A DNA stretch of 64,000 nt from Trichoplax adhaerens. Taxonomy: Eukaryota > Animalia > Placozoa. Shown piece after piece: positions 1 through 16,800 of the stretch. Each line of letters begins with the position of its first letter. The stretch's first letter is position 1. Location: positions 62,001 through 126,000 of the forward strand of contig NW_002060981.1 of assembly GCF_000150275.1 (NCBI RefSeq), in the 5' to 3' direction. Below the pieces are notes generated by a model. That model did not search any database. It was not told the origin of the DNA and saw nothing but the letters and a program-made list of their open reading frames with translations. The translations under genes were made by a program, and so were the position numbers.

Positions 1-1
1 G

Positions 2-1111
2 CGCCGAATTGCTTATTTAGTCATTGCCTCACTCATTGTTGGACAAGTTCTAATGATTTATCATGTCATTGTTAAAAAAGATGCTCATAAGTATAAAGTA
101 CACCAAATTAATGTATCATTCCATAAGAATTATTCTTCCGATCAAGATAATGATGAATTTATTGATATAACCAGCAATTTCTCCAGTGTTGTCATTGACA
201 AATTAAAATCAGAAGCTACTCTAAATAATGTATCTTTCCTGGCGCCTATGATAGCATCGCCGACGGCATGTGAATCAAAGAATTATCTATTATTAGTTAT
301 CAATTCCAAAGTGGAACATGCTGGACGCCGCTTAGCGATACGACAATCGTGGGGAGATGCCAAAAATATTGACCATTTCAATGAAAAGGCAAAAACAACC
401 AAAGCTGCTCCACCACTAAAATGGAAATTAGTCTTTATCGTTGGTCGTTCCAACACCGCTGATATCAATAAGAAGACAGAAGCAGAAGCCAAGCAATATG
501 GTGATTTAATTATTGGAGATTTTACCGATTCAATGAAATCGTTAACTTTGAAAACAGTCATGGCGATGCAATGGGCTAAACATTTTTGCTCTCCTGCAAT
601 TTATTATAAAGGTGACGATGATGTCTTTGTCAATCCTTATTTACTTTATCAGATCGCTGAAGGTTATGTTCGCAATAACATTAAGAAAGAATGGATATGC
701 CGTGCTCATATCCATCCTATAAGCCGTAGGCCTGTACGTAATAAAAGGCATCGCTATTACGTACCTTATAGTAAATATCGTCAAAAGTTATTTCCTTATT
801 TTTGCTCTGGTTTTGCCTATGTTATGACGGGTGATGCTTTAAGCAGCATGGTCAGTGTTGTCAAGACGACTCCAATCATCGATTCAGTAGACGATGCTTT
901 TGTTGGCATATTAGCTGATAAAGTTAAAATAAAACCAAAGCACGATAAAAGATTTAAAGTATATGATCGCTACGATCGTCGCCCCAATAGATTTAATAGG
1001 CCTAATGTTGAAATTGAACTAATGCGGAAGACACTCGCTGAGCATGGTATTTACTATCTAAAAATGAAAACCTATATGGCCAACACTAACAAGGCTATGC
1101 TGGTAAAATGA
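2..1111 (+). CDS. Beta-1,3-galactosyltransferase / GT31 (Galactosyl_T) family, type II Golgi membrane protein; 5' end truncated at window edge
   Basis: The frame is open from nt 2 (RRIAYLVIASLIVGQVLMIY, a signal anchor upstream of the ORF-track Met). GT31 motifs: RRLAIRQSWG, YGDLIIGDFTDSMKSLTLKT, KGDDDVFVN (DxD), FPYFCSGFAYVMTGD, DDAFVG. Intronless in the window. Confidence 0.95.
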   Translation, partial: RRIAYLVIASLIVGQVLMIYHVIVKKDAHKYKVHQINVSFHKNYSSDQDNDEFIDITSNFSSVVIDKLKSEATLNNVSFLAPMIASPTACESKNYLLLVINSKVEHAGRRLAIRQSWGDAKNIDHFNEKAKTTKAAPPLKWKLVFIVGRSNTADINKKTEAEAKQYGDLIIGDFTDSMKSLTLKTVMAMQWAKHFCSPAIYYKGDDDVFVNPYLLYQIAEGYVRNNIKKEWICRAHIHPISRRPVRNKRHRYYVPYSKYRQKLFPYFCSGFAYVMTGDALSSMVSVVKTTPIIDSVDDAFVGILADKVKIKPKHDKRFKVYDRYDRRPNRFNRPNVEIELMRKTLAEHGIYYLKMKTYMANTNKAMLVK

Positions 1112-2925
1112 AAGTCACGTCGACTACACAAGTCCCTACCTAAAATGATTTTTTTACACCGTAGCAAGCTCCACACAATAATATTGACCAACAACAGCCA
1201 TGTTCATGTACAAGGTAGTCTTTCTGAACTGATTCTACGCATCGAAGGAATGACCGTATTAATCATGCTCATATCGAACTCTGAACATTTCACTAGTTAA
1301 TTACGATTTCATATTGTGATGAAGAATAGGATGGGAAATAACTTAATATTGTTGTTTTATAGCATAATTTATATTTATTAGTAAAAAAATTTTCATTGCA
1401 ATATGATTACTTATTGGATTCAAGAATTAATTGAAAGTTGTCAATATTGATAATAACTGTTGCTTGCTCATAATAGCACTTTTTGACTTATATATATATA
1501 TTAAGAAGACAACAGGGAGACATCATATAGATTTCAGTAAAGTCAACTCTCAGTAGCTTATATATTTTTAAAAACTTTTATTTCCATGATATACTTATTA
1601 TTCTATTCGTTATAGTATCCTCGTTAAATGATTACTTTATATTTAATCAAGTATAAACGATTGCCTATTATATAATTATAATTTATAATAAGTATGGATA
1701 CATTAATAGTAGCTCCGGCTACAGCATGTATATATAATTTTTCTCTTTGTGATCTAATGTACAGATCAAATAATAAAAAAACTGCGTTAACTTCTTTTTA
1801 CAACTTGCTATTATGTAAATTATAGAACATTATTGCCATTGTCATTCCTTGTACCCTTTAAGTACTGTAGGAGAATAGTGGTCGTAATGCACATCGTAGG
1901 TATTTTACCAGGGACTTCTCTCTTAGAAGACCCTGGTATTGCACTAACCTGATAAAATACCAACAGGTAATCGGATTCTTAAACATCAACATAATTAAAT
2001 TCTAATTACACTTATAGGCTTATAGCTAGTAAAGTTAGTGAAAACCCTCAATACCAATATCCGTGTCTTAGTTCATCACATGCAATAATTTGGCATTGAG
2101 TGATAACAATCAACGTAATTAATGTTTCACTGATTTGATAGATTTACTGATGTAATAAGTGGTGAATGATCGATTAGTTCTCTCATTTATAGTAAATGTC
2201 GCTGTATGTCACAAGTTACTGTTGCAGATCCTTCTGCTACTCTACTGCTGTATAAAATATTAAATAATTATCTAGTTCTTAATCTCGAAATTACCCATCA
2301 ATTAATTATTATTAATTAATGCTTACAGAATAACACTAAGTTAAATACAATGAACATTTAGAGCTTTAGTTAGACATAGAGTCAGGCTGATCAAAAGTTC
2401 TTTGAAGCCATCATGGTTCTTAAAGCAAGAATTACATCAGAAAGCATTCAACTATAGTATAAAAATATACTGCATACTTAATTGGTGTATTCGGCTAGTT
2501 ATCAGGGGCAATACTGCAATATGTACAACAAAAGTTTTGATATTACAATGCTTTAGTATGATGATTTCATATAGTAATTCATTTAGTTTACTTCATCAAC
2601 TGGAATACGCGTATTAGCAATTTTAAAAAATACTATTACCAATTAAAGGCATATCAATGTCGTCATAACAATAGTCTTTCCTATCGTGAAATGAGTAATA
2701 TTATTTTTTAAAACAATTCTACCAAATGTTGAGCTGTACAAATTTAAATCTATTAGTAGATGTTAGGCACTCGATCTGTTTATAAATATACAACTTTACC
2801 AATTTCATCATATGAGTTAAGTTAAATATTCTTTTTGATGGCACATTACAAAATAGATTTTATCAAAAAACTACTAATTACATATATGAACTTTCCTTTA
2901 TCCGCTAATAATTGCAGTTTCAGCT

Positions 2926-7849
<4,924 letters not shown>

Positions 7850-7954
7850 TGCCGTTGTACGCTTATTTCTAGAGGTATCTACCAGTAAATATAAAGCATT
7901 AATATACGAGAATATACCATATACAGCATTAAATTACTGTACTGTACTAAACGG

Positions 7955-9235
7955 TTATGGCACAATCATCTATGACGTCGATTTATTCACAGAGTGCAGC
8001 TGCTATTAATAAAGGATGATGATACGTGTATACCACAATTCTATACTACTAACAAACCAAGATTTGGTTTTTGGTACTCGTACAGTATTTAACCATCATT
8101 GCAAACTCATCAATCGTAAATTCGATACTATTCTACTCAACGGTCATGTGCTATTAAGTAACTGCATGATACAGGTTTATTTACAGAGTGCAGCTGCTAT
8201 TAATAAATGGTGGTACAACGGGCGAGATAGCTTGCATTGATCAAATAGGCAATAGACCACACTTCTATGCTACTAGTATGCGATAACTTGATTTTGGGTA
8301 CTTGTACAGTATTTAGCCATCATGACAAACATGAAACTATTTGAGTCAACAGTTATGTGGTTATCATGTATGATATCGATATCATTCACTGCGTAGCTGC
8401 TATTAATTAAAGGCGATGATGTAGGTGGGATGGTTTGCATGGAAATACCCTCACTGGTAAATAGGCGAGACTTCTATGCTGCTAACATGCCCAAGATTTC
8501 GATTCTTGTTACTTGGAAGTATTAATGCATTATTGCAATCTCGTCACTAGCAACTATGAGACTATTCTACGAAGCAGTCATGCTACTACCATATATGGCG
8601 TTGATTTCATTCACAGAGCGCAGCTACCATTTATAAAAGGTGATGATATGGGTGAGATTGTTTGCATGGAAATACCCGAATCAAATAGGCAAGGTGTCTT
8701 TTCTGTTAACATACTCAAGACTTTATTTGTTGTTACTGTACTTGTATTAAGACATTATTGCAAACTCATCAGTGATCAATATGAAATCATCTATGAAACT
8801 ATTCTACTCAATAATCATGTTGCTAGCACGTATAACGTCCACTCTATCGACAGAGCGTGGCTGATCAAGATGATACGTGTATGAGTGAGATAGCTTGCAC
8901 GGAGATATCCTATCTAGTAGGCAAGGCACATGCTAACAAACCCAAGATTTCGTTTCTTGTTTGTCACTTGTATCGTATGAAGACATGGTGGCAATCTCAT
9001 CAGTAGTCCATAGGACGCTATTCTACTCAACGGTGATGTTGCTATCATGTAATATGATGTCGATTTCATTCACACAGCCCGGCTACTATTAGTAAAAGGT
9101 GATGAGATGGCTTGCATGGAAATACAGCACTGTGTACTGTGCAGTCTTTTAGCCATCATTGCAAACTCATCCGTAGCAAATACATGAGAAATTGCAATGA
9201 TGACAGCCAAACAACATGCTGTAATCATGTCGATT
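7955..9235. repeat. Degenerate tandem array, about 6 units of 195-240 bp
   Basis: Recurrent blocks TTCACAGAG(T/C)GCAGCT (about 7986, 8180, 8385, 8610, 8847, 9069), TTGCATGGAAATAC, GCAAACTCATC and CTATTCTACTCAACGGT. Confidence 0.85.
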
Positions 9236-9389
9236 TACGCATTATTATTATTGCATTATAACTTTGTTTGTGGTACTTCTATCGTATTCCTGACCAGCCT
9301 AGGATAAGGTCTAGAGACCATGTAAATCTCCATTTTATGAATAACTACATTATTGTCGTGTTCAATACTAAGGAGCGATTGGGATTCAA

Positions 9390-9567
9390 ATGCAGCTTAG
9401 GAAGCCGACTATTGAAGAGGTACAGGACATTACTGCAGTCCAATCAATGTCAATTTCTATTTGCTAAAAGAACTACAACCTTGTCAGGTTCAACAAGAAG
9501 CAATTAGAATCCCAATGCAGCTTAGGAAGATCGCCATTCAAGAGGTCCATGCCTGCAGTTCAATCCT
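9390..9567. repeat. Two diverged ~50-bp direct copies
   Basis: ATGCAGCTTAGGAAG...AAGAGGT...CTGCAGT.CAATC at about 9390 and 9515. Confidence 0.7.
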
Positions 9568-10087
9568 AGCAAGCATACGTGCTTTAGTAGGGAGTCATTT
9601 TTCACTACAAGTCAGCCATAGATCAAGTGATGCGCTGCAGTAGGTGAAGCACTAAAACAGTGACAGAAATGATAGTACATGCCTAGACATGAAACGACGT
9701 GACCTTTACCATCACGTACTGGTGTGAGTCGAATCAATGGCGATACGATAGTTGATTACCAAATGGCAAGTATCCATTTCGAGCTAAGCTTAGTGTTATA
9801 TTGGTAGACAGTTTTGTCAAGATGATTACTCTGTTAATGACTTTGTATTATTATTATCAATTAGCGAATTGAGAGTACCGTTGGATGGCGGAATAGCGAG
9901 GATAGTATCTTATTGGATCGCCAAACAAGTTAAAAGCCAAAGAAGTGCTTGACGAAAATAACGACACAGTATCGCAGTGGGTTGATCCAGGGACCCGTGA
10001 GCAAGAGAGAGTGATGCCACTGGCTCTGTTATGACGATGATGTGAAGATGTGACAACCGATGGAACGTCAATCTCCTTGCGACGATG

Positions 10088-10565
10088 CAGTACAGTATAC
10101 TGTACCCTACAGTTGTACAGTTATACTGTACTGTACTGTACTGTACTGTACAGTAGTGCAATCAAGGAATGGTAGTCTCAATATTGTTAATTCAACAATA
10201 AAGTAGGTAATGTACAGTACTGTCCTTAATGTCTGTCCGTACTATACAGTGTACATACAGTACACTGGTAGTCTGGTACAATAGTCTCAATATTGTTAAG
10301 TCAACAATAATAAAGTAGGTACTGTACTGTCCAGGATGTCTGTCCGTACTATACACTGTACACTGTACACTGTACAGTAGACCCAGCCATAATAACCCCG
10401 ATTACTCAGATACTCAGCGTAAATAGCTTATACTGTACAGTGTACAGTACAGTAGTGTAATCAAGGTCTGGTAGTATGGTACAGTACTGTACAGTACAAT
10501 AGTCTCAATATTGTTAAGTCAACAATAATAAAGTAGGTACTGTACTGTCCGTCATGTCTGTCTGT
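10088..10565. repeat. (TACTG)n/(CAGTA)n tracts interleaved with three copies of a ~70-100 bp unit
   Basis: TAGTCTCAATATTGTTAA.TCAACAATAA...AGTAGGTA...TACTGTCC starts at 10173, 10282 and 10500. Pure TACTG run at about 10124-10150. Confidence 0.85.
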
Positions 10566-10805
10566 CGATGGTATTTCAACTATCTGTAGATGCGGTCATG
10601 TGACTCATGCCGCAGTCCGGTCCGGTTCGGTTCATGCGATGCGAGATGATCATGGTACGCGTACTAGAGTTCTTTTTTACTACTATAGTATCAACTGATC
10701 AACTCTGCATGTCGGCTAATACCTTCCATACTGTGGACAGTACTAAATAGCTCTTGGAAAAGAAGTCCACAACCATTTAACCGTTGCTAACTAGGTACCA
10801 ATTAT

Positions 10806-10837
10806 GGACTACTGAAAAAGAATCTTTTCAGTAGTCC
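10806..10837. repeat. Perfect 13-bp inverted repeat (hairpin)
   Basis: GGACTACTGAAAA-AGAATC-TTTTCAGTAGTCC. Confidence 0.9.
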
Positions 10838-13800
10838 CATGGCAGAGAAATGCAAAGCACACTGGCAGAAGCGGTGGAGATTGGACAGCTGCTAGTCGGT
10901 GTTGAGGCTAAAATTGTTATTATTATTAACTGTAAATTACAGTCAATTAACCATAATGAATTGCAACAGAGAGGTCGACGTCATGTTTATGATAGGGACG
11001 GTTGTAAACTTTTTTCCAAGCCTCGTCGTTTACTGTACTGTATAGTGTATAGTTGATCTGTTTTTTTCTCCTGTTGTAGTGGCGTCGACAGAAAAGAAAA
11101 GAGCCTCGGACATACTGGCAGTAACAGTTCGTTTTGCACACTTTTGGTGTAAGAGTGCAGTAGCATAGAGAGCGATTGGATTAGTAGAATTCAGAATGTA
11201 CAGTAATAATTATAAATTTCATTGAAATCATTTGTCATGTCGACAGGACCTGGAGGAGATGAAGGATGATCGAGTGAAAATAGTATACTGTACTGTACTC
11301 TGCAATCGTAAGTAACAAATTACTGATGCAGTAGCTTAACCATGGCCAACTTGTCCTTTGATATAGAATAATATTGCTCTTGGCAGTAAGGCAATGAGGT
11401 CAAGGGGACGACAGCTCATTTTGCGCACTAGATGAGCAATACCAACCGAAAGTTACGGGCAAAATCAACTGCCAGTACCTCCTTTTCCTTTATCAGCAAG
11501 CAACATGATGGACTGGGGACTAGCTGCAACTTTGGTCTTTTCGACTTCAAATTTCGCATCGTAAAAATGAGGTCAATATTGGCAATGATTACATCATTGC
11601 AAGGCCATGGACTACTTCTCGAATTTCTTCCAGTAGTCCTTTGCAAAGCTAATATGCCGCACGCGTGCTCCTACTCAAATGCATCACAGGTGTGCAACCT
11701 TCTTAAGTAACTAAATAGATCTAAATAAATAGACCAAAATGGATGAAATTTTAACCAATCTATAGTAGAGCATAGTGGAGTAAGCGTAAAACACGCTAGA
11801 CGGACCGATGGAAGAAACTTAACGTTGTATCCGTCCTCAATTATGTAATCAATTATATAATGATCTTTCGACCATGATGATGAATTATTAATAATAATAT
11901 TGGTAGAAATATCAATTAGGATGCAATATGATTATTGGACTCCATGACGCAAACGCGTATCACTTCCATATAAGTGATCATTTGTAAATAAAGCACCTGT
12001 GCAATCTGTCTACTACAATCAATCATCGTTGTGGATCAGTCGTAAATGCATCTTGAGCAATACCTATTCTTCCTCGACTATTTTTATCATCAGCATGTTG
12101 AAAGTTAATTAATTGACAATAACAACACAATAGTTAGCGTGTAATAAAGGATAATGTATAAAAATGCCCAACATCTCCTTGCATTTCACACCAGAAAGAT
12201 GGGAAAAATTGGGGATACGGCATAACTTTAACGCTGTACTAGTAAACACAAATTAATAATATGGAATAGTCGCAGTTGAATCATTTTTAATTCAATTCTC
12301 CAGTGACGTCTAGTACAGTAGAGTATTAATAATTTAAAATTGACTATTAGTTGGTCTAGATAGCCATTTGTGTCACCAAAAGAGACATCAATTCTCTTCC
12401 TACTTTTCATTTTTTACTTCCAATTGATAGCTGATATCGATAGCATAACAAGTCGAGACTTTACGATAAGATCAGTCGACCACAATACAAAACCCATATC
12501 AATGAAGAAGAACGCTTTGTAACTTCTTCCATCTTAATCTGTTGATCCAAATCACACTTTGAAAAGTTTATCTACCATCATTGCATCCTACCCATCGAGT
12601 ATAGGACAAGGACAACCAAATGATTTAATGTTTTCCCACTATCGTCACTGCAATTAGAAAGACGAAGAATATCCTTTATTTATTTCTTGGTGCAAACGAA
12701 GAACCGCCATTGCTTTCAATCTATTGGTTCTGTGTCAATAAACCGACAATCAAAAGTTGCCAACTCTAGCGATGGATGGCTGTAAGTACTTCGCAACTCA
12801 CCTAGTTTAATACGTAGAAAACTAAAATAGCAGAAACTTGAAGCCGTTAATAAAAGTAGCATGTTAAGAAGGATATCGTCCAATCTTGATACTGTGCGCG
12901 GTAATACAATAATTTGGATAAATAATTCGATAGATTGTTGCACACCAGGAACATTCGAACCATAACGATAAAGTTTGATCGTGCTATCCTTCTTGAAGTG
13001 GAATCTAGCATAGCAATTTGCAATGATAGATAAATCAATCAAATTGGCTCATTCGTTAGAATAAGTTCTACATAAGATACTCATTATCAATTTGCTACTG
13101 TTTTTATTATTGAGCGCAATAGCGACTAAAATGACTCAAGTTATTGACTAGACGTCGTATTTGAAATAATATTTTTGTTATTTGTTAAACATCCAGTATC
13201 AATGACAGAGACAACCAAAGAGTAGCTCTGATCCAATTTACAAATTCAGTTAACTTTGTCATGAAATTATAAACTATGACTAGGCTAGACAATGATCACC
13301 ATTATTACCGAAGCATGCCCTACCATAATGTAATTTATAAATCCAATTGACATTTTCCAAATCATAAACACCCGGATGATTAGTGCAATGATATATCCTT
13401 TCGAAAAGATAACATGCAATCATGATTACATCTTTGCTTTACTTTGGCTTATTGTATAACTGGAGATGCTGAAACCTACAACTAAGATATAGGGGTTCCA
13501 ATACCTGTGATATTATATTAATTGATGTGTTTTCCATGTGCAATCTGAATAGGTATTCATGAAAATAATTACATTTTCCACTGGCGATGTATCTTTCCTG
13601 TATTTTCATAATTACTCTCTCACCCTACAATAACATATCGAATAGAAGATACCGACTACACGGACATTTCATGATAGTCATGATCCGTAACATATTATCT
13701 CGGAGGACGTAAAATATTACGACCATCCATTGCGATCTTAATAATTTAATTTAGCCTTACCACGACTATTATTCCAAAGCTAAATAAAACAATTTGCTAA

Positions 13801-16800
13801 GAATATTTTTTATTACCGGTACTTTTAATTTTACAAGACAACATGTCATTTTATGAATCATAAACAGCTGCTCATTATACTGTATATGAGATAGTATGTA
13901 AGGCAATAATTCTCTTTCTCCTAGGCCACTGCTAAGAGGCAATCGCGAAATTATTAAATGGGTTAAAAGCTACTGACAGTGAAGTTGTATCAAATTGATC
14001 TTTTTCTTAATTTGAAAATCGGAAATGATATGATTTGTTAATACGATTGTACATTAAAAAAGTAGCTAGCAAATCTATTCATGTTCCTATTCAAAATCGT
14101 GCTATCCACTGGTAAAGATAAAATTGAACTCAATTTATGATCATAAAATGATGACTTTATCACTATCACAACATAAAATGTTTAGTTTGATCCTTCTCCA
14201 ACTAAGCCTATCTCATTGCAAGATATTTCAATTACATTATCTATAAACTATAGCAAGATCATCATGGACACAATTCATCTTAGCTTAAAAATTATCACAA
14301 TACGATTCTCTTTTAGGTTCAAATTGAAAGCAAACATTTAGTCAATAATCCTAATCGATTGAAAGTTCAAATGTCGATGACATCCTTATTTTTATTTTAT
14401 CATGCTAAGGGAACATTAAAACTCTTAATATTTCTTTCAATAATATGACATTGCTATATTCATTTTCAATAGTAATGAATTACATGTTCTTAGCTTTGAT
14501 ACGAGATTTGTGTACATACACTATGGATACAACATAAACAATTAGATTTCCTAAAATGCGATACATAAAATTCTCACTTCTTCTATAGTAGTTTGAATAG
14601 AAATAGGGTACAATAAAGAAAAGGAATAAAAAATCTTACCAGCTATCAATGACAGATTATATTCACTGATTACGTCCAAACTACGTGTAATTGATGCTAT
14701 TTTTAAAAATACAAACACAATCACGATCACATCATTGCCATCTCTATTTTATTAATTGTGCATAGTAAGAATTGAACAACATAATTGATTGCTTGAACTA
14801 TTTTTAGTTATAAATGTAGAGGTAATTAAATTAAATTATTCATTTTAACATTTGTTCCATATGGTGTTATGCCAATTGTTTGTCATACTATTACTAAACA
14901 TGATTAGTATAGGATATACGCCAGATCTTCTACCTACATGGAAGGTACTAAGGCATCATTGCGTGATAGAAGAGAGTTTATGAAACGACTAGTGCCAATA
15001 AGATAGACATGTCAATGCTTTCAGATATTCAACGATCTCGTAAATTGCGGTAGATCATCATTGTAGGAGATGCTATACTTATCTAAAATAAGGGCTATGT
15101 TTAGATGATTTTAAGTTGCATTGAACAGCTATTATTTCAGCCTTTTATTACACCATACAAGTTAATGGTTATATATTTACTAGAAGGATCTAATATTTTC
15201 TCTTTCATTCCGTAGCATAATCCAGCTGTCGATACGATGAGTGATCAAAATTAAACTAGATTAAGTTGAAATACATATTCGACTACTCAGATATCAAAAA
15301 TGACGAATACAGGCTATTTTATAACAAACTAACGTTAATTCAGTGACTATCATTTGACTGCCATAAAATACAGATGGTATACGAGCACCAGTAAAAGAAA
15401 AATAGTCATTTTAGATATCACATTATGAGTACATATTCACTACGAAAATAGCTCTGTATTATATTGTTATTCATCTTCCTTGTTGCCATTTATTTTCATG
15501 GCAAATTAAAAATTAGAAAATGGATTATCCGAATATCTTCTTTAGTAATCCTATCGATGTTAAAAATTGAGCATAGTGTTTCTCTCACAATGATTGTCTA
15601 GCTAACCTAAGCGATAACTGAATTATTATAGTAGTAGAGTTAATAGCAATCAACTTATTACGTATATCCGTCCTGTTCCGAATAATCATCATTTCATTAT
15701 TTACCGGCCCATAGATTTAGCTAAATTAAATAATAATTATAATACGGGCAACTACAGAATTGTAGATGTTAAGATTGATGCTAATCTAGCTTACTAGTAA
15801 AGTAAACGCTGTTTCAAGTTAGTCTTTAAAGATAATGACATGATATAACCTTCTTCACTGCTATTGATGAGTACGCTTTAGTTTCTGATAATTTATAGCT
15901 AGCCAATCACAATCTTAGAATCAAGAATGTAGCAACGAATAAATAGCAGTGGAAGCTAGTGAGGTATATTATGGTAAATATACTCATATCAAAGTTTCGT
16001 TTCTAATTAATAGCAATTTAGTTAGGCCTTTTATTTTATGGAAACGAAATAGTAATTTATTCACGTAAAGACGACTATTTATTGCTAACATCACTATCAA
16101 TTTTTAACAATACTCCTTGATATTGATGGAATCTTGAGGTTACAATAATCGCGATAATGTTTCATGACTGGATTATCTTTCTATAAACCCGCTGTTATGG
16201 TGGATGACTTTAAAGTCTTTATAGTGTTTCTGACGCATTACAGTCATAGTTTATTTATATCCAAAAGCTCTACATTACTGTGTTTTATGCACTTAAGACG
16301 ATAGAAAAATGCTAATACTCACATTCTGATCTAAATTATCAACACAAGGCTTAAAACAGATTTTAACTACGAATGATTAAGGCTTGAAGTCAACTTAAAT
16401 TTGAGTATGATCAAAGTTTTTACATCATATAGGGAAAAAAGATAATTTAAAGCTTATACCTCAGACTGTGTTTATGTGCAGCGTGTATGTGCTCATAATT
16501 AATTTTACAAGTGAATAATGCAAGCTCTACTAGCATTTACTAGTATTCTGTAAAAAACTTGCGTCGATGAATGCGATCATTTGTTAATCAACAATATTTT
16601 TACTCCTATATAACTGGTATTAGCATAAATTGTAAATATATTCGTATGTATATCAGTACCGAACTACCTTCTACACGGATATAGATTAGTAGTATTTATC
16701 ATCGCCAACAGCTGCTAAAATTTTTTCAAATTCGTTTTAGACTTCACTATTTAGTTATGTTTTATTATGAGACAGCATCATTCTTCATTCATAGAAGGTA

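Noticed and set aside
7955-10565. Repeat arrays as a CRISPR-like locus
   Set aside because: Eukaryotic context, whole units are homologous (no unique spacers), and no cas genes.
11340-11720. GC-richer stretch with LLADKGKGGTGS (P-loop-like) on the minus strand, and ORF 11432-11710
   Set aside because: Multiple stops, no GK[ST], no recognisable family or splice framework.
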